NCBI GenBank assembly: GCA_002269645.1
Contig: NIVC01001060.1
Span: forward strand, 1 to 64,000
DNA: 64,000 bases
Source: Macrostomum lignano
Lineage: Eukaryota
Reading direction: 5' to 3'
This document shows, piece by piece, positions 11,900 through 23,536 of the stretch (the first letter of the stretch is position 1; each line of letters starts with the position of its first letter). The notes under the pieces are model-generated. The model made no database searches. It had not been told where the DNA came from and worked only from the letters and a program-made list of their open reading frames with translations. Position numbers and translations under genes: made by a program.

Positions 11900-12765
11900 C
11901 TAAACCTGACACCAATTAGATTGGCGCTCTATCTGACACCAATTAGATTGGCGCTCCATCTGACACCAATTAGATTGGCGCTAACCCTGACACCAATTAG
12001 ATTGGCGCTCCATTTGACACCAATTAGATTGGCGCTAACCCCTAACACCAATTAGATTGGCGCTCCATCTGAAACCAATTAGATTGGCGCCCTGACATCA
12101 ATTAGATTGGCGCTAACCCTGACATCAATTAGATTGGCGCTCCATCTGACACCAATTAGATTGGCGCCCTGACATCAATTAGATTGGCGCTAACCCTGAC
12201 ATCAATTAGATTGGCGCTAACCCTGACATCAATTAGATTGGCGCTCCATCTGACACCAATTAGATTGGCGCCCTGACACCAATTAGATTGGCGCTAATCC
12301 TGACACCAATTAGATTGGCGCTAACCCTGACACCAATTAGATTGGCGCTAACCCTGACACCAATTAGATTGGCGCTAACCCTGACACCAATTAGATTGGC
12401 GCTAACCCTGACACCAATTAGATTGGCGCTAACCCTGACACCAATTAGATTGGCGCTAACCCTGACACCAATTAGATTGGCGCTAACCCTGACACCAATT
12501 AGATTGGCGCTAACCCTGACACCAATTAGATTGGCGCTAACCCTGACACCAATTAGATTGGCGCTAACCCTGACACCAATTAGATTGGCGCTAACCCTGA
12601 CACCAATTAGATTGGCGCTAACCCTGACACCAATTAGATTGGCGCTAACCCTGACACCAATTAGATTGGCGCTAACCCTGACACCAATTAGATTGGCGCT
12701 AACACTAACACCAATTAGATTGGCGCTAACCCTGACACCAATTAGATTGGCGCTAACCCTGACGA
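11900..12765. repeat. 24-bp minisatellite (CTGACACCAATTAGATTGGCGCTAACC-type) after the EIPR1 stop
   Basis: Visible periodicity; unit contains the hairpin CCAAT-TAG-ATTGG. Confidence 0.95.
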
Positions 12766-13394
12766 GCGCCTTCCACCTGCTAGACTATTGAATCCAAACC
12801 TGTTTAAAATCTGTTTGAAATAAAGATTTTGTGGAATTAAATTCTGTATATTTTGTTAAAATTTTATTTCAGAAAAATTGTTTTATTGTATTTCATGTTA
12901 GATTAACTTAATAGTCAAACATATTAACTTGTTTCTTGCGTTGTTAATTTACTTTATGCTTAAGCATACAATTAGTCGTTGAAATATGTTTATGATTTGT
13001 TAATCTTTTGTGTTGTTAGAAGGCTTCTAAATGAATATATAGTAATTGTAAAATATATAGTGCCAATCTGGTTAAAATTATCTTCCTTTTTATGTTGTCT
13101 TGTCTCTTATACAAAAATAACCTTTTAATAAGTTCGTCTAAATATTATATCATTAATTATTATCAATAGAGATAGAGCCATATAGTATATTGTCATTTTT
13201 ATATTCTACTCGTAATCATATATCTGAGAGACTCACTGACTGAATTAAAGATTGTCTAAGAAAAAACCATTGGTATAAGTTAAGTAAGTTAAGTAGAACC
13301 GGTCCCGGTTAGTACTTTACTGATTGCCTCGGTAGAGTATTCAGTAAAGTACTCAATAAAATACTTAGTAGATTAGTGAGTAGATTAATCAATG

Positions 13395-13935
13395 GTATAC
13401 TCAGTAGAATACTCAGTAGAGTACTCAGTAGAATACTCAGTAGAGTACTCAGTAGAATACTCCGTAGAATACTCAGTAGAATACTCAGTAGAATACTCAG
13501 TAGAATACTCAGTAGAGTACTCAGTAGAATACTCAGTAGAGTACTCAGTAGAATACTCAGTAGAGTACTCAGTAGAATACTCAGTAGAGTACTCAGTAGA
13601 ATACTCAGTAGAGTACTCAGTAGAATACTCAGTAGAATACTCAGTAGAGTACTCAGTAGAATACTCAGTAGAGTACTCAGTAGAGTACTTAGTAGAATAC
13701 TCAGTAGAGTACTCAGTAGAATACTCAGTAGAGTACTCTGTAGAATACTCAGTAGAGTACTCTGTAGAATACTCAGTAGAGTACTCAGTAGAATACTCAG
13801 TAGAGTACTCAGTAGAGTACTTAGTAGAGTACTTAGTAGAATACTCAGTAGAGTACTCAGTAGAATACTCAGTAGAGTACTCAGTAGAATACTCAGTAGA
13901 GTACTCTGTAGAATACTCAGTAGAGTACTCAGTGG
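13395..13935. repeat. 12-bp minisatellite (AGTAGA(A/G)TACTC)n
   Basis: Visible periodicity; contains the palindrome GAGTACTC. Confidence 0.95.
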
Positions 13936-14056
13936 AATAATCGCAATAACTTACGTATCCTAAATAATTTGTGACCATAATTTCTATTCATGATTTTCAC
14001 AATAGAAACATTGACGTTTGAAAATCATAAATCTTGGAAGTATTGACACCGATCGG

Positions 14057-15280
14057 ATGTCTTCATCGTCTGACACTTCGCTGGCATCGGCCATGCGCGG
14101 TCGGTACACGCTGAAGATTGGCGACACGTTCGGTTCAACACCGGCCGCCAGGAATCGAGCAAGTTTCTCTACGTTTCGCTACGACTTCATGCCAGCCAGT
14201 GTGGACCAGTCTAAGCCGGGTCTGGTTGAGGTCGGCTCTACAGACGATGTCACGGTTTCGCTTGCTCACGGCTCCGCTAGCAGTCTGTCGCACACTATTT
14301 TCAAAGGTCACAAGCGTCCGTGTCACAAGGATGCCGTGTTAATTCTTGACCCGATCACTCGCGAGGCTCGTATTGAGCGAGTGAATTTGAACGTACAATT
14401 AAAGAAGGCTAGGATTGAAGTGTGCCAATTAGATTTGGTTGAAAAGAAGCTGGGCATGAAAGCGGCTGAAGCGGCATCGGCGGCTACAACTGTGCCGAAA
14501 AAGTCTTCTTCTTCTAGTGGCACTGTTTCTGGTTCGAATAGTCACAAGCAGCCGTCTGTGCAAGCTTCCCATAGAAAGATATCGTCTAGTGAGACTGGTA
14601 AAAGCAAGCCCGAGAAAGCTGCCTCACAGCAGCAGCAGCAGCAGCCACAGAAGAAAAAGAAAAAGAAACACGAGCACGGGACAGACACGGAAGCCGAAGC
14701 TGAGGCTAAACGCGAACGTGAACGCGAAAAAGAACGAGAGAAAGAGAGGGAAAGAGAACGGGAGAGAGAGCGAGAGCAGGAGAGAGAAAAGAAAAAAGCT
14801 CAAAAGAAAAAGGAACTGGAGCAGCAGCAGAAAAAGCAGAAAAAGCAGCCACAACCGCCGGTTGCTAAAAAGTCGAAATCTGAAAAAGTTGTGGCCGCCG
14901 CCACTCTTTCTGATGCTTCATCGGTGTCTTCAGTTTCATCTTCTTCGTTATCCTCATCAGACGATGACGATTCAGATGCTAAGAAGCCTACTCAAGCCCC
15001 GCAGAAGCCGAAATTAAAGAAACAACAACAAAAGTCTTCTCAACCGGCTAAGCCGGCAGTTTTAAATTCTAACGACGATGACGATTCTGTCTCGTCTGAT
15101 TCTTCCGCCTCTTCCGATGAAGAATTCGTCGAAGTCGTCAGTCAGCCTCCAGCGCAGCCTGCAACAACAGCTGCTGCTGTTACTGTTACCACCGCAACAT
15201 CTGCCGCTCCGACAAAAGTGCTCAGCGATTTGGAATTGTTGCAGAATGATCTACAGCTTAGCGATAGCGATACCGATTGA
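14057..15280 (+). CDS. EAF1: ELL-associated factor (EAF1/2 family), intronless, ~407 aa
   Basis: EAF domain (YTLKIGDTF..SFSTFRYDFMPASVD..TIFKGHKRPCHKDAVLI..VQLKKAR) and C-terminal LQNDLQLSDSDTD; candidate acceptor TTTTCACAATAG ending at 14005. Confidence 0.93.
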   Translation: MSSSSDTSLASAMRGRYTLKIGDTFGSTPAARNRASFSTFRYDFMPASVDQSKPGLVEVGSTDDVTVSLAHGSASSLSHTIFKGHKRPCHKDAVLILDPITREARIERVNLNVQLKKARIEVCQLDLVEKKLGMKAAEAASAATTVPKKSSSSSGTVSGSNSHKQPSVQASHRKISSSETGKSKPEKAASQQQQQQPQKKKKKKHEHGTDTEAEAEAKREREREKEREKEREREREREREQEREKKKAQKKKELEQQQKKQKKQPQPPVAKKSKSEKVVAAATLSDASSVSSVSSSSLSSSDDDDSDAKKPTQAPQKPKLKKQQQKSSQPAKPAVLNSNDDDDSVSSDSSASSDEEFVEVVSQPPAQPATTAAAVTVTTATSAAPTKVLSDLELLQNDLQLSDSDTD

Positions 15281-15519
15281 TGATGAAGTGAACACATTCA
15301 ATTTGATCGTGCTCGGGCTAGAATATTTACTATAAGAAATTTGATTTAAATCGTCAGTCTAACCACATCAGTAATAACAAACGTCAGCTTAGATTATGAT
15401 TTTATATAAAACTACACCTTGTATACACTGTGATTTGCTATAAAATGAGGCTAATGTTTATTGAAAAGTATCGATACACGAGTACAACGTCTGAACCTAT
15501 CTTAAACATTCGACTAAAC

Positions 15520-15717
15520 CAGGGGTCGGCACCCTTTTTACCTCAAGATAGAAGATAGAATAGGGAAAAGAGGTGGGATGAAGGAGAGGCGAGGAAATAA
15601 CAGAAGAGAGAAGAGAGCTCAGCGAACCCTTGGGCCGGTCGGTTTGCTATTGTAAGGTTTAATAGGACCCGAGGGCCGGATAGAGAGGCTTTGTGGGCCG
15701 AAGTTTTCCGCCTCCTG
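15520..15717. mobile_element. Decayed hAT (Charlie-like) MITE
   Basis: Left end CAGGGGTCGGCACCC, subterminal GGGCCGGA / GTGGGCCG, degenerate right end CCGCCTCCTG. Confidence 0.5.
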
Positions 15718-15964
15718 AAGTAAAAATTCTCTTCAAGACCTCAATCTGACTTGCGTAGTACGCCTTGGAGTGGAGTGGTACTCCTTGCACAAGATTGGTG
15801 GTTATTGTTTCTAGAGTGACGCTCCTTGTGTCCAGAGTGGCATGTTGTGGGATGATGAAAAAGATAAAGAGCGTTGCATTTAATTTAAAACAGAACAGAC
15901 AAATAAAAATTTAATTTAATTTTCAATCGCAATTGCGGGGTTGAAAGAAAAGCAAATTAAGAAA

Positions 15965-16150
15965 GAGCCTGTCAACTTAAGCTCATGAAGTGGAGCCCAA
16001 GTAACCTATTTGCCCGAATGATACGTCATTCTGCTCACAGTGACACTTGGAAGCTAAGTTTGGCAAAAAACAACAAAATTGGACTTGGGATAGAGAACTA
16101 GCAAGGGGATGATAAAAGACACCACTTTATGAACTTAAGTTGACAGGCCC
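15965..16150. mobile_element. MITE with ~23-bp TIRs (PIF/Harbinger-like terminus)
   Basis: GAGCCTGTCAACTTAAGCTCATG ... ATGAACTTAAGTTGACAGGCCC; no TSD recognised. Confidence 0.65.
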
Positions 16151-16514
16151 TTTGAATTTTCTTATGATTTATAATGCCTTGAACTCCGTTAGCCTGCAGA
16201 AGAATGTGAGAGGGGATTACACTTGTCATAATTATTGACCCCTTGTCTGAATTTGTTTTAATAAAATCTAACATAAGTTTTTGTCTGCTTTCCTAGTTAA
16301 ATGTGACATGTTCCATTGCATACTCTAAAATTGATTGCATTCAATAAATTATATAATCACGGTGATTGTTATCATTTTCATGTGCAGTTCGGCCTTTCAT
16401 AATTGTTAAAATATGTTAAAATTGTTTTAAAAAAATAAAAAAAGTATTTATTTAAATTTAGATATTATCTTAGCAAGTGACATAACAAGTTAAGCAGTCC
16501 CAGGTCTCAGGAAG

Positions 16515-16808
16515 TAGGCATGGGAGTACAGGAAGTAGACACGGGAGTACAGGAAGTGGACATAGGAGTACAGGAAGTAGACATGGTGGCACAGGAAGTA
16601 GACAAGGGACCACATGAAGTAGACATGGGGGCACAGGAAGTGGACATGGGAGTAAAGGAAGTGGACATGGGAGTACAGGAAGTAGACATGGGAGTACAGG
16701 AAGTAGACATGGGGGCACAGGAAGTAGACATGGGAGTACAGGAAGTAGACATGGGAGTACAGGAAGTAGACATGGGAGTACAGGAAGTAGACACAGGGGT
16801 ACAGGAAG
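16515..16808. repeat. 21-bp minisatellite (CATGGGAGTACAGGAAGTAGA)n
   Basis: Visible periodicity directly upstream of the SURF1 acceptor. Confidence 0.95.
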
Positions 16809-16854
16809 GTACAAGTTTGCGCGCTCGCAACTGTTAAATTTCTTTTTCTTGCAG

Positions 16855-19513
16855 TCCAGCTTTCATTGTCAACGAGCGGTGCTGCTCCTACAGCCACTTC
16901 GCTGCTTGAGAAATCCGCATTACCCTTTGCTAGAAGCAGCAAGCCAACATGCTTTCAAATACACGACAGTGCAACGCGGCTACTCCAACTCTTACAAAGG
17001 TCGCGATAGCGACGGTCCTCGTAACAAATGGTTTCTAGCATTTCCAGCAATCTGCTTCTGTTTAGGCACCTGGCAGGTTTATCGACGGCAATGGAAATTG
17101 GATTTGATTGAATCGTTGAATAGGAGAACTACTCAACCGCCTGTGATTGTTGATGGCGGCTCGGTGAAGGAGCTGATGGCTAAGTCTTTAGACGACATGG
17201 AGTTCAGACCTGTTAGAATTATAGGCGAATTCGATCACGATGGCGAGGTTCTGATTGGACCGCGGCATCTTATCGATCCGAAATCAAGTGCTGGTGCTGA
17301 CGGTCAGTTTTGATAATAATATATTTCATACTAATTAGTAGCTAGTGAGAGATATAAAGCCAGTATTTTATAGAGTTCTAATTGATTTTTAAAAAGTTTT
17401 ACTGTTTTAGCTAATAGATAAAACACTTATAAGGACAAGATTTGGTGGTTATTGTTCTAGAGTGACGCTCCTTGTGTCAAGAGTTTTAACAAAGTACAAT
17501 AGGTAACACTACATGTATCTGATACGGTAAAAGTTAATATACTAACTAGGATAATTGGTAATACGCTAATTAGAGAATTATGTGTAATGTACTAATAAGG
17601 GTAATAGGTATAATGCACTAATAAGGGTAATAGGTAATACACTAATTAGGGTAATAGATAATTAGAGTAATTAGATAATTAAATAATTAGGTAATTAGGG
17701 TAATAGTTAATACACTAATTAGGGTAATAGATAAACACTAATTAGGGTAGTAGGTAATACACTAATTAGGATAATTAGTAATACACTAATTCGGGTAATA
17801 GGTACTACCACTAATTAGGGTAATAGGAAATATACTATCTGATACAGTAATAGGTAATACACTATCTGATACGGTAATAGGTAATACACTATCTGATACG
17901 GTAATAGGTAATACACTAATTAGGGTAATAGATAATACACTAATCAGGGCCATAGGTAATACACTAATACGGTAATAGATATTTAAAAACACTAATAAAA
18001 CTCTATCATAACACAAACACCTGTGCAGGCGGCAACAGTCTATTCTCTAGCGGAGCCGGGGTTGGCTATCACGTGATCACTCCGTTCCGATTGGCTGATA
18101 GCGGCGAGCGTGTCCTGGTGAATCGCGGCTGGGTACCGGCTAAGCTGGCCGATCCAGCTACCAGGCCGCAATGGCAGCAGAGAGGCCGAGTGGAATTGAT
18201 CGGTTTGGTGAGGCTGACTGAACCGGCTGGATTGGTTGGAGGCTATCTTGTCGGTGAGGAGCTGCTGATGCTGCTGGTCCATGCTTGAATAAATTTAAGA
18301 TACATGTTGGGTGAAGAAGGTGAAGGGAGCATGGAGACAAGGGTCAGAGATGAAGGCAGCATGTTGGGAAGGGTCAGAGATGAAGGCAGCATGTTGGGAA
18401 GGGTCAGCAATGAAGGCAGCATGTTGGTAAGGGCTAGAGATGAAGGGAGCATGTTAAGAAGGGTCAGAGATGAAGGCAGCATGTTGGGAAGGGTCAGAGA
18501 TGAAGGCAGCGTGTTGGGAAGGGTCAGAGATGAAGGCAGCATGTTGGGAAGGGTCAGAGATAAAGGGAGCATGTTGGGAAGGGTCAGAGATGAAGGCAGC
18601 GTGTTGGGAAGGGTCAGAGATGAAGGCAGCGTGTTGGGAAGGGTCAGAGATGAAGGCAGCATGTTGGGAAGGGTCAGAGATAAAGGGAGCATGTTGGGAA
18701 GGGTCAGAGATAAAGGGAGCATGTTGGGAAGGGTCAGAGATGAAGGCAGCGTGTTGGGAAGGGTCAGAGATGAAGGCAGCATGTTGGGAAGGGTCAGAGA
18801 TAAAGGGAGCATGTTGGGAAGGGTCAGAGATGAAGGCAGCGTGTTGGGAAGGGTCAGAGATGAAGGCAGCGTGTTGGGAAGGGTCAGAGATGAAGGCAGC
18901 GTGTTGGGAAGGGTCAGAGATGAAGGCAGCATGTTGGGAAGGGTCAGAGATAAAGGGAGCATGTTGGGAAGGGTCAGAGATGAAGGCAGCATGTTGGGAA
19001 GGGTCAGAGATAAAGGGAGCATGTTGGGAAGGGTCAGAGATAAAGGCAGCGTGTTGGGAAGGGTCAGAGATGAAGGCAGCGTGTTGGGAAGGGTCAGAGA
19101 TGAAGCCAGCATATTGGGAAGGGTCAGAGATGAAGGGAGCATATTGGGAAGGGTCAGAGATGAAGGCAGAATGTTGGGAAGGGTCAGAGATGAAGGGAGC
19201 ATGCCTTGAATCGCCCGCAGACGCCCGCAGCCCGGCCAACAGCGGCGCTGTCGGGCCTCAGTCTCGGAGCGCTCGCCGCGGCGTCACCTGCCGCATACGC
19301 CGCGATGTCGAGGCTCTGAGCGGCGAGCTCAACACCCTGCCATTCTTTGTTGACGCCTGCGCTTCTGGCGTGGATTCTAGCGAATCTGCTGGCACTTTTC
19401 CTATTGGCGGGCAGACTAGACTGAGCTTGCGTAACGAGCACCTGTCCTATATTGTTACCTGGTATTCTCTGGGCGCGCTGCTGCTGGTGTTCTGGGCTAT
19501 GCGAATTCGATGA
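16855..19513 (+). CDS. SURF1: SURF1 cytochrome c oxidase assembly factor, 3 exons; no genomic start ATG found
   Basis: Exons 16855-17302, 18029-18253, 19221-19513 join in frame; motifs FCLGTWQVYRRQWK, EFRPVRIIGEFDH, LVNRGWVP, PIGGQTRLSLRNEHLSYIVTWYSL. Confidence 0.95.
17560..17995. repeat. ~20-bp minisatellite (CTAATTAGGGTAATAGGTAATACA-type), SURF1 intron 1
   Basis: Visible periodicity. Confidence 0.85.
18335..19203. repeat. 30-bp minisatellite (ATGTTGGGAAGGGTCAGAGATGAAGGCAGC)n, SURF1 intron 2
   Basis: Exact 30-bp phase, ~29 units. Confidence 0.97.
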
Positions 19514-19689
19514 TGGAAGATACATCATAATCTGTGTACTATACATATGCTCTCAGAATTATTTTAGTACTTTATTGACCTATTAAATATTTCATGAAAA
19601 TTATTGTGCTTTTTTAAATAGGCTTCTTACATGGTTTTTCGTTCTTGACTATTTATTTTTCTTTGTTTTAGACATGCTGGGCCCATGCT

Positions 19690-20400
19690 AGAGTTGCTGG
19701 GCCCGCCTCCCAGATCCCCAGTTGCTGAGCCAGCCTCCTAGATCCTCCGTTGCCGGGCCAGCAGCTCCCCAGAGTGTCAGTTGCTGGGCCAGCCTCCCAG
19801 ATCCTCAGTTGCTGGGCCAGCCTCCCAGATTGTCAGTTGCTAGGCCAGCCTCCTAGATTGTCAGTTGCTAGGCCAGCCTCCCAGATCCTCAGTTGCTGGG
19901 CCAGCCTCCCAGATTGTCAGTTACTGGGCCAGCCTCCTAGATTGTCAGTTGCTAGGCCAGCCTCCCAGATCCTCAGTTGCTGGGCCAGCCTCCCAGATAG
20001 TCAGTTACTGGGCCAGCCTCCTAGATCCTCAGTTGCTGGGCCAGCCTCTCAGATCCTCAGTTGCTGGGCCCGCCTCCCAGATCCCCAGTTGCTGAGCCAG
20101 CAGCTTCCCAGAGTGTCAGTTGCTGGGCCAGCCTCCCAGATTGTCAGTTGCTGGGCCAGCCTCCTAGATTGTCAGTTGCTAGGCCAGCCTCCCAGATCCT
20201 CAGTTGCTGGGCCAGCCTCCCAGATTGTCAGTTACTGGGCCAGCCTCCTAAAGTGTCAGTTGCTGGGCCAGCCTCCCAGATCCTCAGTTGCTCGGCCAGC
20301 CTCCCAGATTGTCAGTTGCTGGGCCAGCCTCCTAGATTGTCAGTTGCTAGGCCAGCCTCCCAGATCCTCAGTTGCTGGGCCAGCCTCCCAGATCCCCAGT
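19690..20400. repeat. ~28-30-bp minisatellite (CAGTTGCTGGGCCAGCCTCCCAGAT(TGT/CCT))n in the SURF1-GTF2H2 spacer
   Basis: Visible periodicity. Confidence 0.93.
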
Positions 20401-20474
20401 GAATCATATTGCCAGTCAGTCAAGCAGGCACAGCCCCATGCTTATGCATGCCAAGAGTTTGAACAGCAAACAGC

Positions 20475-22711
20475 ATGGCAAACTACGGATTCGCAAAGCC
20501 GTCTGCGCGACCCACAGCGGGCACCAGCGGCTACCGGCTTCAGGACGAGGATGCGGCCGCGCTCTCTGGCGGCGGCTTTCGCTGGGAGTCGCAGTTCGAG
20601 CGCTCCTGGGAGGCCCTGGCTGAGGATGAGGAGGGTCGCCTGGCTGGGGCTGTTGGGCGTCTGGAGCAGGTGGGTGAATTGTTATTGGGCTCATTGGACT
20701 TATTTAGTTAGCTAGTCAGTCAGTCAGTCAGTCAGACAGTCAGTCAGTCAGTCAGTCAGTCAGTCAGTCAGACAGTCAGTCAGTCAGACAGTCAGTCAGT
20801 CAGTCAGTCAGTCAGTCAGTCAATCAGTCAGTCAATCAGTCAGTCAGTCAGTCAGTCAGTCAGTCAGTCAGTCAGTATCGAACCCCAAACCCCGCAGGCC
20901 CGCAAGCGCCGGCACCGTCTCGCAGCGGCAGCCCTGCTACCCGGCGGCGGTGGCCGGGCCAGCAAGCTGGGCATGATGCGGCACCTGCTGCTGTGCCTGG
21001 ACTGCTCAGAGACCATGGGCTTGGCCGATCTCAAACCCTGCCGTTTAGCCGCCTGCCTATCCGCAATGCGCAACTTCGTGTCCGGATTCTTCGATCAGAA
21101 TCCCATCGGACAGCTGGGCGTACTGCTGACCAGACGGAAGCTGGCCGAGAGAGTGACCGAGCTCACTGGCAATCCCAGGCGACATTTGGACGCGCTAAAA
21201 GATTTGGCTCAGGCCGGCTCGGGCAAAACCGCCCGTCCCGAAGGGGAGGCGTCATTTCAGAACCTGCTGGAGATGGCCTACGACACGCTGGGCCCCCTGC
21301 CAGGCCACGCCTGCAAAGAGGTTCTCGTGCTGGTGTCAGCCTTGAGCACCTGCGATCCGGGAGATATCGGTGCGACCATTAGCAAACTGGCCAAGGCTAG
21401 GATCAGGTGTTCGGTGAGTGAATCATTTCTGTCTGCCTTTTTTTCTTTTATTGTTACTGTTTTTCAAGTCCTAGATCTGTACCCTTCCTACCCTCCTTTC
21501 CCTCTACCCGCTTTCCTCTAATTACCCTCCTTCCCCTCTACCCGCTTTCCCCTCTCTACCCGCCTTGCCCTCTCTACCTGCTTTCCCCTCTACCCGCTTT
21601 CCCCTCTACCCGCTTTCCCCTCTACCCGCTTTCCTCTCTCTACCCGCCTTCCCCTGTCTACCCACCTTCCCCTCTCCACCCGCTTTCCGCTCTACCTGAT
21701 TTCCGCTCTCTCTCGCGTCTCCGCTTCCCTTTCTCTCATTTTACCCTCCCCCCCTTAGATCTCTCCCCTCTATCCTCACTCTCGTCTATCCTTTCTCTAC
21801 CCTCTTTACCCTCTTTCTAATTACTTTCTACCTGATTTCCTCTCTCTCTCTCTCGCGTCCCCGCTTCCCTTTCTCTCATTTTACCCTCCCCCCCCTTAGA
21901 TCTCTCCCCTCTATCCTCACTCTCGTCTATCCTTTGTCTACCCTCTTTACCCTCTTTCTACTTTCTCCCAACGCTTTCCTTCCTAGCCTCTCTCCATCTC
22001 TCTGTCTCTGTTCCGCCATGATGCGTCAAGGGCAAAGTGCAAGCTCTAGGGAACATTGTTTTACCTTCTAAACCTTGCCAATTGGCGTCCCTTTCCCATA
22101 AATTGCCCAATTTACAGGTAATATCTCTGTCAGCGGATATTCGCGTATTGCGCAAACTCGCCCAGGCCACTGGTGGCACCTACTCTGTGCCGCTAGACGC
22201 TGTCCATCTGTCCGACATCATGTCCAGCTTCCTGCCGCCGCCGGCCAGCGCTCCCGATCCCGCTCTGATCAAAATGGGCTTCCCCTACTCGGCTGGGCAG
22301 GATGGCCAGGAGCAGCCGAGATCCAAGCAGGATGTCATCCGCATTTGCGCCTGTCACGGCACCGTACTATCAGCCGGGGCCACCGCTCACGCCTGCCCCC
22401 AGTGCGCCTGTCTTTACTGCGAGCTGCCGGTTGATTGTCGGATTTGCGGATTAAGTTTGGCCAGCGCCGCTCACCTGGCCAGATCCTATCAGCACCTGTT
22501 CCCGTTGAAGGCATTCGCCGAGGTCACCTTGGCGGCCAGTACGGGCTGTTGCGGATGTGGCGATAGACTAGGCGCTAACACGGAAGCCTACCAGTGCAGC
22601 GACTGTCGGTCTCATTATTGTATCGATTGCGATCGGCTGTTGCACGACTCTTTGCACTCTTGCCCAGTTTGTTTGCAGACTTTATCGGTTAAAACTACTA
22701 TCGCTACTTAG
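20475..22711 (+). CDS. GTF2H2: TFIIH p44 subunit (SSL1/GTF2H2), 3 exons
   Basis: Exons 20475 (or 20544)-20669, 20898-21413, 22118-22711 join in frame; RWESQFERSWEAL, LGMMRHL, FFDQNPIGQLG, HLARSYQHLFPL, C-terminal Cys-rich finger. Confidence 0.96.
20712..20875. repeat. (TCAG)n microsatellite, GTF2H2 intron 1
   Basis: Visible. Confidence 0.95.
21480..22010. repeat. C/T-rich minisatellite (CTCTACCCGCTTTCCC-type) plus a ~125-bp duplication, GTF2H2 intron 2
   Basis: Visible. Confidence 0.85.
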
Positions 22712-23236
22712 TAGTATAAAAGAATAATATTTGTGCGCTAACAAAACTTTTGTACCTGAGCCAGTAAGTAACTTGCTTGATAAAGATTGAGAACACCGGG
22801 AGTAAAGTAGATAAGTAGTCTTTATCTTTATTCAACACATTGGTTCACAGTGAGAGGTCCAGTGGTACATGCATTAGTCACACGTCAAGCATTTAAAACT
22901 TTGTTTGCTCTAATAATACACAATACAATAACTGCCTAATCGATGCAAAAGTATTTCGTACGTTGTGACAGGTGTTTTTTTACTTTATTAACTCTCTTCT
23001 GTGCCTTATATTTGTTTATTTTCATAAGTAGCATTCAAAGGAATACTTTCGGCTTTTTATATTGTCTAATACAATTAGGTCTACCGCTGTAGTCTCAGTT
23101 ATTCTGTTAAAACGCTTAATATTTAGTATATAGGACTATCAGCTTTGCCCCCCTCGGGGGTAACTTACGCTGACAACATTAGAACTGAAATTTGTCATTT
23201 TTGTCATCTAAAATCATTAAGATCAACCGCTACTAC

Positions 23237-23455
23237 GGCGGTTGTAGCCTAGTGGTTATTAAAGCGTCGGATTCATGACTAGGTCCCGGGGGTTCGATTC
23301 TCGACCCACTCACAACAATTTGTGTCCTTGAGCAAGACACATTGACTCTGCATTGCTTCAGTTGCTTCAATTGCTTCAGCTTTAAAATGGGTGCCCCCCA
23401 GTCCTTGGAGTGGAGCAATAACTACGGCTGAGCTGTCGGTTGTACATCTGGCTAT
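23237..23455 (+). mobile_element. tRNA-derived SINE with a CORE-like central domain
   Basis: A box TAGCCTAGTGGTTA, B box GGTTCGATTCTC, then GTGTCCTTGAGCAAGACAC and TAAAATGGGTGCC; homologous to copies at 34577-34841 and 35172-35290. Confidence 0.85.
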
Positions 23456-23536
23456 TAGGTCAGGTGTAATTAATTACCATGTGTTTCTAATATATTTCAA
23501 CTCCATCTATTTTTCAGTGTCAACTCTACAACCGCA

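Noticed and set aside
11870-13978. Long ORFs such as (LTLTPIRLA)n, (SRVL/SRIL)n and (YSTE)n
   Set aside because: Translations of stop-free minisatellites open in several frames; no unique coding sequence
16520-16837. Repeat ORF as SURF1 exon 1
   Set aside because: Splicing from the GT at 16809 to the 16854 acceptor is out of frame, and the peptide is a 7-aa repeat
15790-17485. ~48-bp duplicate (AAGATTGGTGGTTATTGTT..GTGTCCAGAGT) at ~15791 and ~17437
   Set aside because: A real duplicate, but too short to classify; most likely a fragment of a dispersed repeat
17560-17995. Telomeric TTAGGG repeats (also CCCTAA at 10715-11300)
   Set aside because: The hexamer is only a sub-motif of 20-25-bp units and never occurs in tandem
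18243-19239. ORFs of 260-350 aa in several frames
   Set aside because: This is the 30-bp repeat inside SURF1 intron 2; only 19221-19513 is a real exon
23237-23310. tRNA gene
   Set aside because: A and B boxes are present, but there is no acceptor stem and the sequence continues into SINE body shared with two other copies
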